Positions 27,746-43,097 of a stretch of 64,000 bases of DNA are shown here, in pieces. The stretch lies in NCBI RefSeq assembly GCF_006345805.1, contig NC_043013.1:53506001-53570000 (forward strand), read 5' to 3'. Below the pieces are notes generated by a model. The model did no database searches. It worked only from the letters and a program-made list of their open reading frames with translations, and was not told where the DNA came from. Numbering within the stretch: position 1 is the stretch's first letter; each line of letters begins with the position of its first letter. A program made the translations under genes and the position numbers. The stretch comes from Octopus sinensis (taxonomy: Eukaryota).

Positions 27746-29086
27746 ATTTATTTTATCCGGTAGAATGGTCCACTGAAGAATGTGGTGATATTGAAACCGT
27801 TCAAACTAGGAAGTACACGTATAGTGTTCAACCATAGAATTTTAACATAATCTCTCGTTTATGACACAGAATAGATAAATTTCAAATAGGCGATGTTAGT
27901 TTTAATCTTATACGTGTCCCGTTTAATCCTTGCTTAGAAGGATCGTGTTTATGTAAGCATAATATTCAGTTATGGCAGTTGTAGATTAGTAATAAATTGA
28001 AGGATTAGCAACCAATCCCGATTAATCCCTCCTATGAAAAGCTTAAGCAGCTAAAAGTTCGCTAGAAAGTTATCGAAGCTTATTATTTCAAAAGTCAGTT
28101 TTGTAATCAGAAAACGTTGAAATAATGTCTTGTCATTTGACTGACTTTTCTACAGAATCAAAAACTAGAAGCTTCTTGGAAATAATGGTGAAAATCTGTT
28201 GGATGTGTGGATATAAATTTCTTGGTGCCAAGAAAATTTTGCATTCCTTATTTTACCTTGATAACCAAAGAAATATATCCTAAATAGCATCTTTAAAAAT
28301 AACAGGTGATATTTATTCTTCCTTTGAGTCAGTAACTAACAAATAATGAATTCAACAAGGTGTTAATATGGATGTTTATTGCTACGCTTGTTCATTATAC
28401 TTTTTTCTGTGAAACGCCCGAATCGGTATTTTGGTTTTGCTTCTGTTTCTTTGTTGATGTGTTTTAACCAATCCACGAAATGAATTGGTAATTGTGCTTA
28501 TCTTGCCTAAAAATCACGTACTTTACTAAGACATCAGTCTAGACTTGTTATTTAAATTGCTACTAAAATGTGTGTTAAGAATATTTCAAAAATATTACAT
28601 TGGCGATCTAATTGCTTCCTTTCTCATTAAAACTCACTACATTTTCTTTGCTAATTGACTATATTTCAAAACATCTCGTTTATATATTTTTTCGTCTTCT
28701 TCGTTACTCAGCATTTTTCCTTTTCTAATTGGTTTTATGGTGATGCTATCAGTTTGCTGTCTGAATAATTTACTCGCAACAACTTGCTACATACACGAAA
28801 TTTAGAAACTTACTTGAATAAAATTGTCGCATTCAATTTACAATGCTGTATCACCTTAACCTATGTAATTTCCAGTCGCTGTATAATAGAGGGGATGTAT
28901 TCAAAATGTCTGGCTCTATGTTAACACTGCCGTCGTCCCAATCGATATTTCGGTCTTTTCTAAATGAAACCTCATTCTGCCCCTCAATCTCTCCCTCCGT
29001 TCTACCTCCCTCTCTGTCTTCTTTTCTCTGTATCTCCCTCCACCTCCCTCCTTCTTTCCCTCTCTTTCTTTTTCTCTGTCTCTGTC

Positions 29087-29137
<51 letters not shown>

Positions 29138-30264
29138 ATCACACCGTTTAATTTCTTTTATTTAATTTGGTTTCGCTTTTTTAATCAGTTTATTAACCCA
29201 CAGCTGACACAGAAGTTATTTGATCGTGTAACGTTTGCACACCGTTTATTTGAGAAAAAACTATTTCTTGCCTAAGCATAAATCTACTGAGTTAGGTCAA
29301 GTATTAATTTGGATGTGGTGACAATCATGCCTATACAAAGCTTTGGCAAATGTAATTAAGCCAATTGCGAAGGTCAGATTAATGTGAACTTTCAGCTGCA
29401 ATACTAAGTCTATTTGAAATAATATAGAACCAAAATTATAGAAACCTCGTTAGAATGTCTTCCTGAAAATTTGCTTACAACATTTACATTGGAGGTTTTA
29501 CTATAATAGGTTTAAAATCTGGAAACCGCTTCAAAGTTCATCAATGTTAAACCCGGAATCTTGTCCTTTTGTTATCATAATCACAGAGGAATTAAATGTG
29601 ACTAATAATTTCTATTTGTATAAGACACAGTCTCAACGGAATAGGTATTTCATATTTATATTAGATTTGTGATATCGGTTTCAGAACAATCTCAGTCGTT
29701 TCCAAACTTTTCTGTATAACTTCTTCAATTCACTTAACTTCCGGTTATGTAGGCTATTGTTTATAACAAGGATACTTTAATCCACTATATTTATACCAAT
29801 TCTCTCATTTCTAGCATTCAGTTCCGTATTTTTAACGTTATCAGAACTTTCGCATTGTAATATTTTTTTCATTTTATTCTTCATTTCTTAGTATTATATC
29901 TTAATCATTTCCTCAACTCCTAAATGCGCATTTCTAATGTAATTCCCTGATGTCACACGTTAGTTTAATATACTTTGTTTTAGTAAATCAACCACTTCTA
30001 GTAGCTTTGTAACTTTTCTCTATTGCCATTTGCAAGTCTTCGTATGTTTGTCAAATGAGAAAAGCCTTCTGTAAACACGATAAAAACCCGCCACAGAAAC
30101 GAAGTTTATAATAGTTTCTCTGTAGCGTTTATAACCAATGATGGTTCCATGCACTACACTTGCCAATAAAATTAGTTAAAAGAAACAAAGTTAGTTAAAA
30201 TAATTTGAATATTAGAGGCGTTAATAGGTTCAAATATCATGTTTTGCTTTGGACTGATATAATG

Positions 30265-30344
<80 letters not shown>

Positions 30345-30349
30345 AAGAA

Positions 30350-30439
<90 letters not shown>

Positions 30440-30452
30440 TATTATTATTATT

Positions 30453-33302
30453 CAGTAGTATATATTATTTTTATAGCGTGCTTTCACTTCACTACCGAGC
30501 ACAGCTCTGTGTGCCTTGGGTATGTGCTGTGATTTGTTGTGATGCTCTAATGGTTATTGTATGGAAAGTGTTCTGCGTAGGATGTGTGCAGTGCCTAATA
30601 GTGCAATTTTCTGTATGTTATATGTGTTTGTAAGTCCTGGTGTTTTTGTTATGTATTTGTCTGAATATTTTTTTATCATGCCTAATGCACCTACTATGAT
30701 AGGAATAGTTTCTGTTTTCAGATTCCACATTCTGGTTACCTCTATTTCCAGGTCTCTGTATTTTGATAGTTTCTCCATTTCTTTTAGAGACACGTTGTTA
30801 TCTGCCGGTATTGATACATCAATTAGAAAGCATTTTTTTCCTCATGATCTCTGACAACTATATCTGGCCTGTCGGCCATAATTTCTCTATCTGTGTGTAT
30901 CGGCATATCCCAGAGTATGGTTGCTTTCTCGTTTTCTGTGACATTTTCTGGTGTGTGCCTATACCATCTTTTTTCTGTTGTTATTCCATAATGTTGGCAT
31001 AGCTTCCAATGTATGTAGGTTCCAACTCTGTCATGTCTGTGAATATATTCCTTCTTAGCCAGGACTGGGCAGCTAGAGATAATATGATTTATTGTTTCTT
31101 GTCCATCTCCACATATTCTGCAGTTGCTTGTTATATTTCTTTTCATTACATGTTTTTGGTAATTTCTGGTGGGGAGGCTTTGGTCTTAGAAATCCCTTTG
31201 TTTCTGCTTTGAGTCCTGAGCTTCTCAACTATTGCTGGGATTTTTCTTTGTCTATTTCTTTTGCATTTAGTTTAGTCCAGTATTTACCATGAAGGGGCTT
31301 TTCTTGCCATCGTTTTATCATGGTTCGTTGCTGTTCTATTTTTAGTTTGGATTTCATTTGTTTTATAGCTTTTGTTGTTTCTTCATCTTCTTCTCCTTCA
31401 TATTTATTAGGTGGTATGATTTCTTGTTTGTATTTTTTCAGCTTCCTTAAATACTGAGAAGAGTTTTTTGTTTGGCTCGTGTTTTGCTGCTATTTATATC
31501 AGTTTTCCTTCCTTCTGAAGTAGATATTTTTGCAGTCCTATGGTGGTTATTTTATAGTAGTTTTCCAGTTGTATAAGTCCTCTACCACCTCCTATACGTT
31601 GCATATACAGTCTTTCTATGTCAGATTTTGGGTGATGCATCCTAGATCTTGTCATTATTTTTCTAGTTTCCCTATCTATTTTGGTCAGTTCATTTCGTGT
31701 CCAGTTAAGGATATTGTAGCTGTAACTTATAACTGGGACAGCTAAAGTGTTAATACCTATTATCTTGTTTTTAGCATTGAGCTCTGTTTTTAGTATTGAT
31801 CTAACTCGTCTATAATATTCTTTTTTTATTTTCTCTTCCATTTGTGTGTGTTGTGTCTTATCTAGTTCATGGATTCCTAAGTATTTGTAAGTTTGGCTTT
31901 GGTCTAATTCTTTTATTTCATTGGTTTTATCTAGTGTGATGTTGTTACTCTTAACTAGTTTTTCTCTTTTCATGGTTACTTTGGCGCATTTTTCTAATCC
32001 AAATTTCATATCCATTTCTTTGGTAAATGCGTGAACTGTCTTTAATAGTGTTTCCAGCTGTTTGCCATTTGCAGCGTATAGTTTTAGGTCATCCATATAT
32101 AAAAGGTGGCTGATCGTTTTGCCGTAACATTTATATCCGCATCCAGTTCTATTTAGTATATCAGATAGAGGTGACAGTGCCAAGTAGAAAAGGAGTGGAG
32201 AGAGCGTGTCTCCCTGGAATATTCCTCTTCTAATGGGGATGTCTTTGGTTTTCATGAGTCCCTCTTTTGTTTGGAGGTGTAGAACTGTTTGCCATTTATT
32301 CATAGAGTGCTCTATGAATTTTATGATTGTTGGTGCTACTTTGTTAATGGCTAGTGTTTCGAGGATCCATGTGTGGGGGATGCTATCAAACGCCTTTTTG
32401 TAGTCAATCCAGGCCATACTGAGGCCTTTCTTCTTTCTGTGGCTGTCTTCAGTTATGGCTTTATTAATCATTAGTTGATCTTTACAGCCATATGAGCCTT
32501 TGCGGCATCCTTTCTGCTCTTCTGGGAACAGTTTGTTTTCGTCCAGGTGCTTGTTCAACCTTTGCGATATCACTGCAGTAAATGCCTTGAACATTGTAGG
32601 GAGGTAGGTTATTGGTCTGTAGTTTTCTAGTTTTGCTGTCTCATTTGATTTGGGAATTAAGATGGTTTTCCCCTTCGTGAGCCATTCAGGCATTGTCTCT
32701 GGCTCTGCTAGTATGTTGTTAAAGTTTTCAGCCAGCTTTTTGTGCATTCCTGTTAGATATTTCAACCAGAAGTTGGGGATCTTGTCATGCCCAGGTGCCT
32801 TCCAGTTGCTTAGTCTTTGCAGTGCCTGGGTGACCTCTTCAGTTGTTATGGGGGTCCAAAGTTGTTCAGATGCCGAGTTTGTTATTTTGATACTCCTTTT
32901 TTTGGGTTGTTCGTTCGCCGACCATATTTCTCTCCAGAATTCTTCCAATTCTTCTGCCGTTGGTGCTGCAGTGACTTCTATTTTATTTTTGCCAAGTTCT
33001 TGGTAGAACTTTTTCGGGTTGGAGTTGAACTTTTTGTTTTGTTCGAAGAAGCGCTGGCGTTTCTCGTACCGGCGGATCCTTTGTGCTTTGGCAAGGATAT
33101 CTTGCTTCAGCTTTTCTTTTATCTCAGGTAAATCTTTCTCTGTGATGTTATATTTGCGGAGTATTTTTGTTTTCTTTTTGTTGCTCAGTAGCGTTGATTG
33201 TTTGCTGATTTCATTAAGAATCGACAGATCTTTTCTCATTTTTTGTTTTTTGTTTTGGATGTTATTTGGGTGGTGGTACTCCTGTTTGGATGGGTTTGAG
33301 TG

Positions 33303-33304
<2 letters not shown>
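30453..33304 (-). mobile_element. 5'-truncated R4/Dong-type non-LTR retrotransposon (about 2.85 kb) within (TAA)n
   Basis: RT and REL coding sequence, about 100-nt 3' UTR, and (TAA)n on both sides on the element strand (33305-33380 and 30389-30452). Confidence 0.92.
30554..33304 (-). pseudogene. Disrupted RT-CCHC-REL endonuclease ORF of the Dong-type element
   Basis: RT motifs GCRKG, WIDYKKAFDSIPH, RGIFQGDTLSPLLF and LLYMDDLKLY; CRICG..HIISSC zinc finger; RPDIVV..IDVSIP..KEMEKLSKY REL motif. In-frame stops at 31494-31496 and 31229-31231; frameshifts near 31190 and 30835. Confidence 0.93.
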
Positions 33305-33379
<75 letters not shown>

Positions 33380-33380
<1 letters not shown>

Positions 33381-33492
33381 GTTATCGTAACATTCTTTCA
33401 ATCCTGTTTCCATTCCTTGCCGAGTGTCTTCCTGATACCTAGGGCAGAGATATGTACTGTATATATTGGTAGGCCAGAGAAAGAGGAAAAAT
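33380..33492 (-). mobile_element. About 110-bp unique insert between TAA tracts, possibly the 3' end of another TAA-targeted element
   Basis: Bounded by (TTA)n on both sides; directly upstream of the long Dong copy. Confidence 0.35.
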
Positions 33493-33533
33493 TATTATTG
33501 TTGTTGTTGTTAGCATTATCATCATCATCATCA

Positions 33534-33579
<46 letters not shown>

Positions 33580-33669
33580 CATCATCATTATCATTATTCG
33601 ATTTGATACCGGTTTGTTCTTATTCCTGGTAAATTTTATGTGGGTAGCAAGCTATTATCTATAACTGTT

Positions 33670-34150
33670 CGTGATGATATCAAAAAAGTTCGAGGACTAG
33701 TTATGTTTAGTGACTATTATTTACCTACGTTTCAAAATCCTCTCCTTCGAAATAGTCACCTTGATGAGCAATACAACGGTCTCTGCTTTCCTGCCACTTT
33801 TGGCATCTGGCCTGGAAGTCATTTTCCAGATCTGGATCTCGACAACGACAATGAAACAGCAATTTGTGCGCTGCATTTTCATCTTGGGGAAGAAATGGAA
33901 GTCCGCAGGTATTAAATCTGGCGATTAGGGAGGGTGCAGAAGCGATAACTGGTTGTTTTCGGCGAGTAACTCGCGGGTAAGGGGAGCTTGGTGGCAGGGT
34001 GCATTGTCGAATGCAACGCTTCGTGTCCCACAGATCCGATCGCTTTTGCCGAATGCCTGCGTTATGAAGGCCACTGCGCGTGCAACTGTGTGCTGCCATC
34101 GATTGGTGCGCTACAGAACTAATCCGCGAACGTCTTCATGCTACCTCGTA
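33670..34150 (-). mobile_element. Internally deleted mariner (C-terminal transposase remnant plus TIRs)
   Basis: Minus-strand FDNAPCH..HPP*SPDLIPADFHFFPKMK..RCIAHQGDYFEG. The ends TACGAGGTAGCATGAAGACGTTCGCGG and CGAACTTTTTTGATATCATCACG are TIR-like. Confidence 0.85.
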
Positions 34151-34714
34151 GGTATCCTCAAATTTTCGATAATCTTTCAAATGCTCAAATCCTCCTGAAA
34201 ATCTTTTCTAAGAGGCAAACTTTCTGTAGAATCTTTACAGGATATTCCGTTGCAATCTCCTTTAACCATTTGTCTAAATCATTACTAACTCTCTCTAATT
34301 TACCAATTATTACAGGCGCAACCTTTACGGTTTTCATATTCCAAAATCTCGTTATTTAAAATTTACAGGGATAGTATTTTTTACTTTTTCATTTTTCTTT
34401 ACAATTCTGGAATCAAACGGACATGTTGAATCAATCATTGGGCAAACTCGCTTTCCCTTGTTTATTATTTTAATTGGTTAATTATTCTTATCCGTTTGAA
34501 TTGAAAAATCCCATAATATGTTGCATCTTTTTTTTTACTCAAGCACCCTTCCAACCCGATTATTATACCAAGTTCTTTCAGTTTCAAACCCTTATTTCCT
34601 GATATTTCTCAATTTTTTTAATTTCTTCGGTATCGATTCTGCTATCATAGGGAATTTCAAAATCTACAATCTTGCTCTTTTTTTTCTCCTCTATGATTAT
34701 ATTAACCAGCTTGC

Positions 34715-35827
<1,113 letters not shown>

Positions 35828-35844
35828 TATTATTATTCGGCGAT

Positions 35845-35975
35845 CAAAATGTTTAACGACATTTCGTCTGTCTTTTCGTTCCGAGTTCAAATTCCGCCGA
35901 CTGGAGTGGATCTAATCGACCTGAAACCTACTCCAAAATTTCAGGCCTTGTGCCTATGCTAGAATGAATTATTAT
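35845..35975 (+). mobile_element. tRNA-derived SINE, family A (internally deleted)
   Basis: GAGTTCAAATTCCGCCGA joined directly to CTGGAGTGGATCTAATCGAC..CAAAATTTCAGGCCTTGTGCCT. Confidence 0.75.
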
Positions 35976-35994
35976 CACTATTAGTATTGCTAAT

Positions 35995-36365
35995 TTAGTA
36001 GGAATATTATTCTGCAATTTGGTGATAAATCACATGAATATTCCTTAGTATTCCTGAAGAGAATAGGCTGACACTTTTCTGCAGATCCACAGTCCGTGCC
36101 TCTGTTCCAATATCCAAGCAGTTTGGGTTTTGTGCAAATTGCACCAATTCCCATTGGAATAATGTCAATGTCTTTTTCGACAACCTCTTCATCTCTCTGG
36201 GAAAATCTTGATATTTCTCTTATTTTTCTCAATTCCTTTCATATCCAGACCATTATTACACAGTATTGCAAAGTGTCTATGATCTTACACTTTCTGTTGG
36301 CCTTTTTGTATCCTCTACGATCATGTTCGGTCTCCTTGCTTCAACAGTGCGGTCAGTTTCTAAAC
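35995..36365 (-). mobile_element. Decayed REL-domain 3' fragment of an R4/Dong-type element
   Basis: TDRTVEARRPNMIV..CKIID, IIPMGIGAI, DLQKSV..SGILRNI. Confidence 0.7.
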
Positions 36366-39300
36366 AGAAGCTACTACTACTATCACCACTACCTCTACTA
36401 CCACTACTTCTGTCATCATTGTTATCATCATTCGTATTATTTTCATTATTACTCGCTTTATTATTTTTTCTTCCTTCTGTCATTATTTGTGACTCAGCAA
36501 ACATTGCAGACGACAGTTTTTCCTGCAGCTATAAGAACAAACCAAATGAAATCTGTAGTTGGTTATGCATGAAATTGGCGGCTTTCTATTACATTATTCC
36601 TACCAAATCCGTAGCCAAATTAGTGTCTTATTCTGCTTTATTGTAAATGTTTCTTAATTCTTTCGAACAAAAAAGTAGGAACACATATTGATCCGACTTC
36701 TATTTGTTTTTCATCCTTTGTGGGAACTTTTAAAGAGAAATAACATTTAATTATTACACAAGATGAATTTCCTTCTATTCTGCTGTACCGGAAGAATAAA
36801 GTAGAAGATATCACATAGAGTTGCTTTGATTTCCCTTTAGCTGTGTCTCTCTTTGATCATTTAATCAATCATAATCAGGCTTGTCTCAAAGATCTCTCTC
36901 TTACGTAGAAAGGTTCTAGATAAGGTCTCTTACCACAAAGCACAACAGATTAATCTCTTAAGCGACCAAACGAGTATCTGCGTAGAGGTTCTACCTCCTA
37001 GAAATAGCAGCCATATCTCACTGAACACGAAACCATACTGTCTTCAAAAGGAGAAAATGCATTTATCAAGGATAATGTTGTCATTCCTAGACATATTCTA
37101 TGTTTCAAAAGATTTATGATGGCAATCTCAAAGTCTTTGATCATTAGTCGCTTTAGTCAATGATCAAACACCACAAGCAACAACAACAAAAACAGCGACA
37201 TCAGAACTCATGATCTCCTTGAATAGATTGAAATCTTAAGTAATATATGATGTGATTTGATATTAATTATATAAACTAGTAACTACACAATCTTAACTAC
37301 TGTGTCTCATGCAGATGGCATCACTGAGTCATTTCCTTCATTGAGCCATGGCTTTTAAATATGCTAATTATTCACAGCTACTTGCATACAATATTTTGCA
37401 TTTAATTAGTTAACTATTTTATCATTATTTCGATTAGTACGGTAGCATCAATTCGCTAAGGAGGCCTCATAATACTGAAATACATTTGCAACAGACTCCC
37501 GATGTCTTTTAATAATAACTAACCATTGATCAATATTGTTTCATTTATTATATGATTGTATTTATATAGCTAATAGCTTTTTTGAAATCAATTACATTAA
37601 GTACTTTTTGACTAATTAACACACACCTGGGTTTCGTGAGGTAAATAATGAGAAAATATTTTGGGAAATATTTCCAAAATGTGAAACCATTCTTGTGATT
37701 CCTTATTTTGCCATAAACGTCGGCTTAGAATAATATTATGATTATAATAATTTCAGACATATTGTTATATTTATTTTATTGAAATGTGTTTGGATGGGAG
37801 ACATACTTTTCTAAATTCTATTCATATTTAGACATTTACATTTTCGGTTTTGGTGTTAAAGTGGTTGCTGTTCTTGATATAGTAGTTGCTATTGCTGTCA
37901 TCGTTGTGGTTGTTGTTGTTGTTATTGTTGTTGGTGTTGTTGTCATTGTACTTACTTCTGCTGTCATTGTTGCTGTGTTGTGTTATTGCTACTTTGCGTT
38001 GAGCAAATAATTAATTGCGAAGATGAAATCAGTCGAGAAAGGAACCAAATTGGTACACGAAAATCAATTTATGAAACTAAAGAACGGTGGCAACATATGT
38101 ACATTAAGACTGGGGAAAATTAATAACAATTTCAGTGAATTATAGCAAACAGAAACATGGAATGAAATATGAATAACAACAGCAACAACAACAACAATAA
38201 TAATAATAATTACACAGCAATTTCTAACGCCATTTAATATTTTGGTTCAGTAGCTTAATTGCAGAGAAATGAATTATTATTTAGACAGTGAAAAAAGAAA
38301 ATGGCAAACATCAAGTGCGTTTGGTGACCTGCGATGAAAAGGAAATTAATGGAATATTTAATAAGAGGGAATAGTTTGAATGCTGATATGAAATCACATC
38401 AGTTAATAGTGAGTCCCTTGTAAAGTATTTAGATATTTCGTTGGATATTATTAAAACATACAGCTCGAAAGAGGAAATAAAAAAGTTTTTCATTCCATTT
38501 TATTAATGAAAAGTAAGAGAGAATATTGCTGTGCATTATTTGCTACAAATAGTGTATTAAAGAGAAGATCGTCTCGTAAATCAGACCAGATGTGGCAGAA
38601 AAAGTACTCTAGACTGGGATAAAATTGGTTTTCTCAAGAAGCCGTGCCGTGGAATAATTCCCAAGACACAAGACAGGAATAATTTTAAAAAAAAGGATTC
38701 AAAAATGATATCAAATCTGTAATTACGTTACTATTTCATTTATTTCTTTAACAGGTAGAAGGGTTAAAAATTATACATGTGGATGTCTACCGCATAAATG
38801 ACGGCATATTAAGCGCTAATAATTTTGATTTAGTGAAGACATTTCTACTAATTAAAAGTAAATGGTTTATTTTAATGAAGAAAAGAATTATCTAAAAGTG
38901 TAATTTTAATGCTGTTAGGTAGGAAGCAATCCTTCTTTGGATTTATACATATTATTAGATTTAATTTAGAACAGAACAGAATCGAGAATGATTCTAGTAT
39001 ACTACAGTACAATGATAACTCTGTGTAAATTTCGATCTTATTCGAGGTCATCCTTAGAGCGCTGGAAGTAGAGATAAGCATATCGACTGGTAAGAGAGAG
39101 TATAAGATTTTATAGAAAAAATATTAGGCGGAATAGTAATTTAATAATAAACTGACAACAGAAAATCTATTCTCCTGGATGCCAGGGGAAGTTCGTCCTT
39201 AAGTAGTTAGTATGCGTGTATCATTTTCTCCATAGAGTGTAAATACAGTAGACGTGTTAAACTGTATGTAATACAAACATACTAGATTTTAATGACAACC

Positions 39301-40414
39301 TTAATTAGACGTTTATAGTAGTTAATGGTGAGAGGCTTTTCATTTAAAGATTACATACTGAATTATAGAGCTAAATATCGATAAACCGAAAAAAAATAAC
39401 AAAAAGCAATATCGTTAGCATAAATTTATATAAGATTGATTTTAAAATTATTAGTCTACAATTTGTGATAGTTTTTCGAGATGCAAATTATCGCATGGTT
39501 GTTTCGTTGTTTATAAATACAAAGAAAAGTTTTCTATTGAATAACTAGAGAGGGATGCAGGCGAAAATTAATATGGTTCATTTTAGGAGAATGAGAAAAA
39601 CCGCTGAAGAAATAAATCTTGCGTCGAGTTTGAATATCGATTTGTATGGGCAATTTTCCTGAAAGGCGTCTCCATATTGCTTTCCGCCAACCGTTTTATT
39701 TGTTGGTCTGTAATTTCTTCCCTATTGAAAATCGTCTGACATTCTTAAGTATGTACTTCCATACTTTAGAAAATCAGTGCCTTGTGTTTAGAACAAACAA
39801 GGAACCAAAGATCTTCATAACATTTTAATTCCAATAAATCTATATCGTTTTCCACTGGTATTGCTTTAAATGAAGCACAAAGGGAATTTGCAGGGGTTCT
39901 TTACAGAATTACTATTAGTAAGTAGAATAGCCATTGTTCAATGAAACCATTTCATTGAAAGACGTAGCCAAATATTTAATTACTTCCAAGATGGCACCGT
40001 TTCTTTACTGATGCTTCCAACACAATCATGTATTATTTCTTCGCAGCCAAACAGGATAATTTCTAGAAACGACTAAAAGAAAATCTCATAGTCCCAGAGG
40101 AGGAGACATAAATCTATAAATGTTCTCTTTTTGATTGTGGATGTAATATAATAAAAACAGCATTTATGTTTGGTCCATAGATTTCCCATTATAGAGCGGC
40201 CATTCTATAGAAACAGACTAGTAAAGTTGGAGCAAATATGTTAAGTTTTCTTTACAAATTCCTATTGTGACGCTGATATTATTTCGCCAGCAAATCAACC
40301 TCCAAGACTGTTATGTGTAGATAATGCCACATTCGTATACATACACAAACATACAAACACCTACACATGCATACATGCATACATACATGCATATATACAT
40401 ACTTACATACACAC

Positions 40415-40464
<50 letters not shown>

Positions 40465-40727
40465 ATACATATGTATATACATGAATATATGCATATATAT
40501 ATATGTATGTATGTATATAGTTATATATATAGGTAAATATGATTTATACACAGTCGAAAGAAGATAAAGATTACCAACACGTACGCACATACACACATAC
40601 CAACACGTAAGCAGACATGCACATTCATATATACATACAAACATACGCATAAACACAGATAGATAGGGAGATACATAGATAAGTGTGTGTATACATACTT
40701 ACATATACAGATATATATATATAACTG

Positions 40728-40758
<31 letters not shown>

Positions 40759-40860
40759 GAGTGTGTGTGCGTATTTATATACATTTATTTATATGCGATG
40801 GGTATATATAAACACGTATATTTACCACTCTATGATTTTTCATCTACACGCACATGCATA

Positions 40861-40898
<38 letters not shown>

Positions 40899-41430
40899 AA
40901 TTATACACACACACACCACATACACAGTAATACACGAAGCCATAAACATATATACCCGTTTATAAATCTCCTCTCACAAGGTTTAACAAGTGAATCTATA
41001 TTCACTTCATATAACTTCTTCCTCCCATATTTACCGCTAAAAAACTTATCACGTTTTTACTCCGCTCACACCAGGAAAGATACAAGTTAAGGATTGGATA
41101 TATATTTTTTCCAAATTTCTTTTCAACACAATCAGAATCTATTTGATTTAAACACAGCCGTTACGGACGGAACAGCAGCCTCCTTGTCACACAATATGTA
41201 TCTTTAAGAACTCAAAAACGTGGTGTGTTTTCTGTAAGTAAATATCGATAGTTAATCGAATTCCATTGATGTTCAATTACTGTCTATATTTAGCAAGAAA
41301 TAAACAATATACTCTTGCGTTGCAGATCTTAATTACATCTGGGGATACTTCATATATCACACAGAAGCAAAGAACCCCCCACCCCCACCCCCACCTCGTA
41401 CTCACACACAAATTTTGGTCTACACATATA

Positions 41431-41940
41431 TAGAAGATCTGATCAAAAAGTATTGGTGATGCTGCTATAAAGTGAAAACTGTAAGACTTATCAATTGGTC
41501 ATGCAGCCTCCGTTAGAGAAGTCTCCATCTCAAACCACGTACGTTATCCTGCGTCATGTGCAATTATGGAAGCATTCCTGGGACTCCTCGTCGCTGTCCC
41601 TAGGATTACTTCAACGTCTTAAAATTTTGATGTTTTCCACTACGGAGCCTGAGCCTTGATTTGGGTTCATAGCCATTGACTCGCTATGACCGTTTTGAAA
41701 AACTTTTCGTCTTCCTCGACACAACAAAGGAGATCCGGTGCAGCTGAAACCCGATCTCCTTTTCGAGAAGACCACACTCTACACACTTTACTTCCAAGGG
41801 AAGTGAGACAGAACGTTATAACTTAGTGTGTACATACGAGAAAGAGTGCAAGGTCAATATGTGCCTACCGGTTTCATTCCGCGCACATTATCTTCGTTAC
41901 CATAGCAAAAAAAAACCGAACTTTTTGATCCCATCTCGTA
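41431..41940. mobile_element. Mariner-derived non-autonomous element (MITE-like)
   Basis: TIR-like ends TAGAAGATCTGATCAAAAAGTATTGG and CCGAACTTTTTGATCCCATCTCGTA, both TA-bounded. Confidence 0.65.
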
Positions 41941-42250
41941 TACTCACACAGACGTTGCCATGCATAGATATATAAATAAATGCCAAAATATATACATGCA
42001 CTCACATATCCATACACAGGTACAGTAATCCAAAGAAATAAGCCTCTAAACCATTCGCTGCAGTTCGCCATGATAGCTGGGAGAAAAAAAGGAATAGTTT
42101 ACCCTCAAGAAATTTCAAGGGTGAATCGTCAATTAGCAAAGGGAGAAGAAAAGTCATCGAGGCTGTGGACGGTCGAAATAAATTTTAAAAGTCCAAGCAG
42201 GAAACGAAACACATGCATACATACATACATACATTTGTACATATAGGGAT

Positions 42251-42570
42251 AGGTGTAGCTGTGTGGTAAGAAGCCCGCTTCCCAACCGCATGGTTCTGGG
42301 ACCTAACGCACAGCATGGCACCTTGGGCAATTGTCTTCCACTTTAACCACAGGCCGACCAAGGCCTTGTGACTGGATCTGGTAGGCGAAAACTCGAAGAG
42401 GCCTGCCGTCTATGTGTCTGTTTTTGCCCCCACCCCCTTCCACCGTTAGCCAAAGTATCAAGCTTGAAAAATAGATAAGTACCCGGGTCTAATCATTCGA
42501 CTAAATTTCCTTCAAGGCGGTGCCCCAGCATGGCCGCAGTTCAATGACAGAAAAAAATAGTAGGTAAAAA
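42251..42570 (+). mobile_element. tRNA-derived CORE-like SINE, family B (diverged)
   Basis: GCTGTGTGGTAAGAAG head, CACCTTGGGCAATTGTCTT core, 3' end GGCGGTGCCCCAGCATGGCCGCAG. Confidence 0.85.
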
Positions 42571-43066
42571 ATAAAGATATAAACAAATGTACACACGTAC
42601 ATAAATGCTTACAAATTCCATTACTGATGTCTAAATTCCAGTGAAACAGCTTCGCTTCTAGAAGCGAAACCAATCCTTTCTCCGGCAAGGAGAAATTTGC
42701 AAAAGAAACCGCAGGAAAATATATACGCGTAAGCATGCACATCCATAAGTGTAAATACATATACATCATACAAATATACACTCAAACATGCATTAAAATT
42801 CTACGGCACTAACGTTGAAGTTATCATTCGGATATCAACTTGAAAATTGTCGCTGGATTTTGACGTACCCAGTATTGTATGTATATATGCGTGTGTGTGT
42901 ATATATATTTATATATATATATGTGTATGTGTATGTATGCTTATATATATATATGTATATATGTATGTATACATGTGTATATATATATATATACAAACAT
43001 GTATGTATATATGCATGCATGAATGTATATGTGTTTGTATGTATATGTATGTATCTGTACTTTTCT

Positions 43067-43097
<31 letters not shown>

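Noticed and set aside
27765-27815. CTGAAGA...GAAAC spacing typical of a hammerhead
   Set aside because: Stem II is out of register and stem I does not pair.
33305-33413. Poly-Asn N-terminus of the 639-aa RT ORF
   Set aside because: It comes from the flanking (AAT)n target and upstream insert, not from the element.
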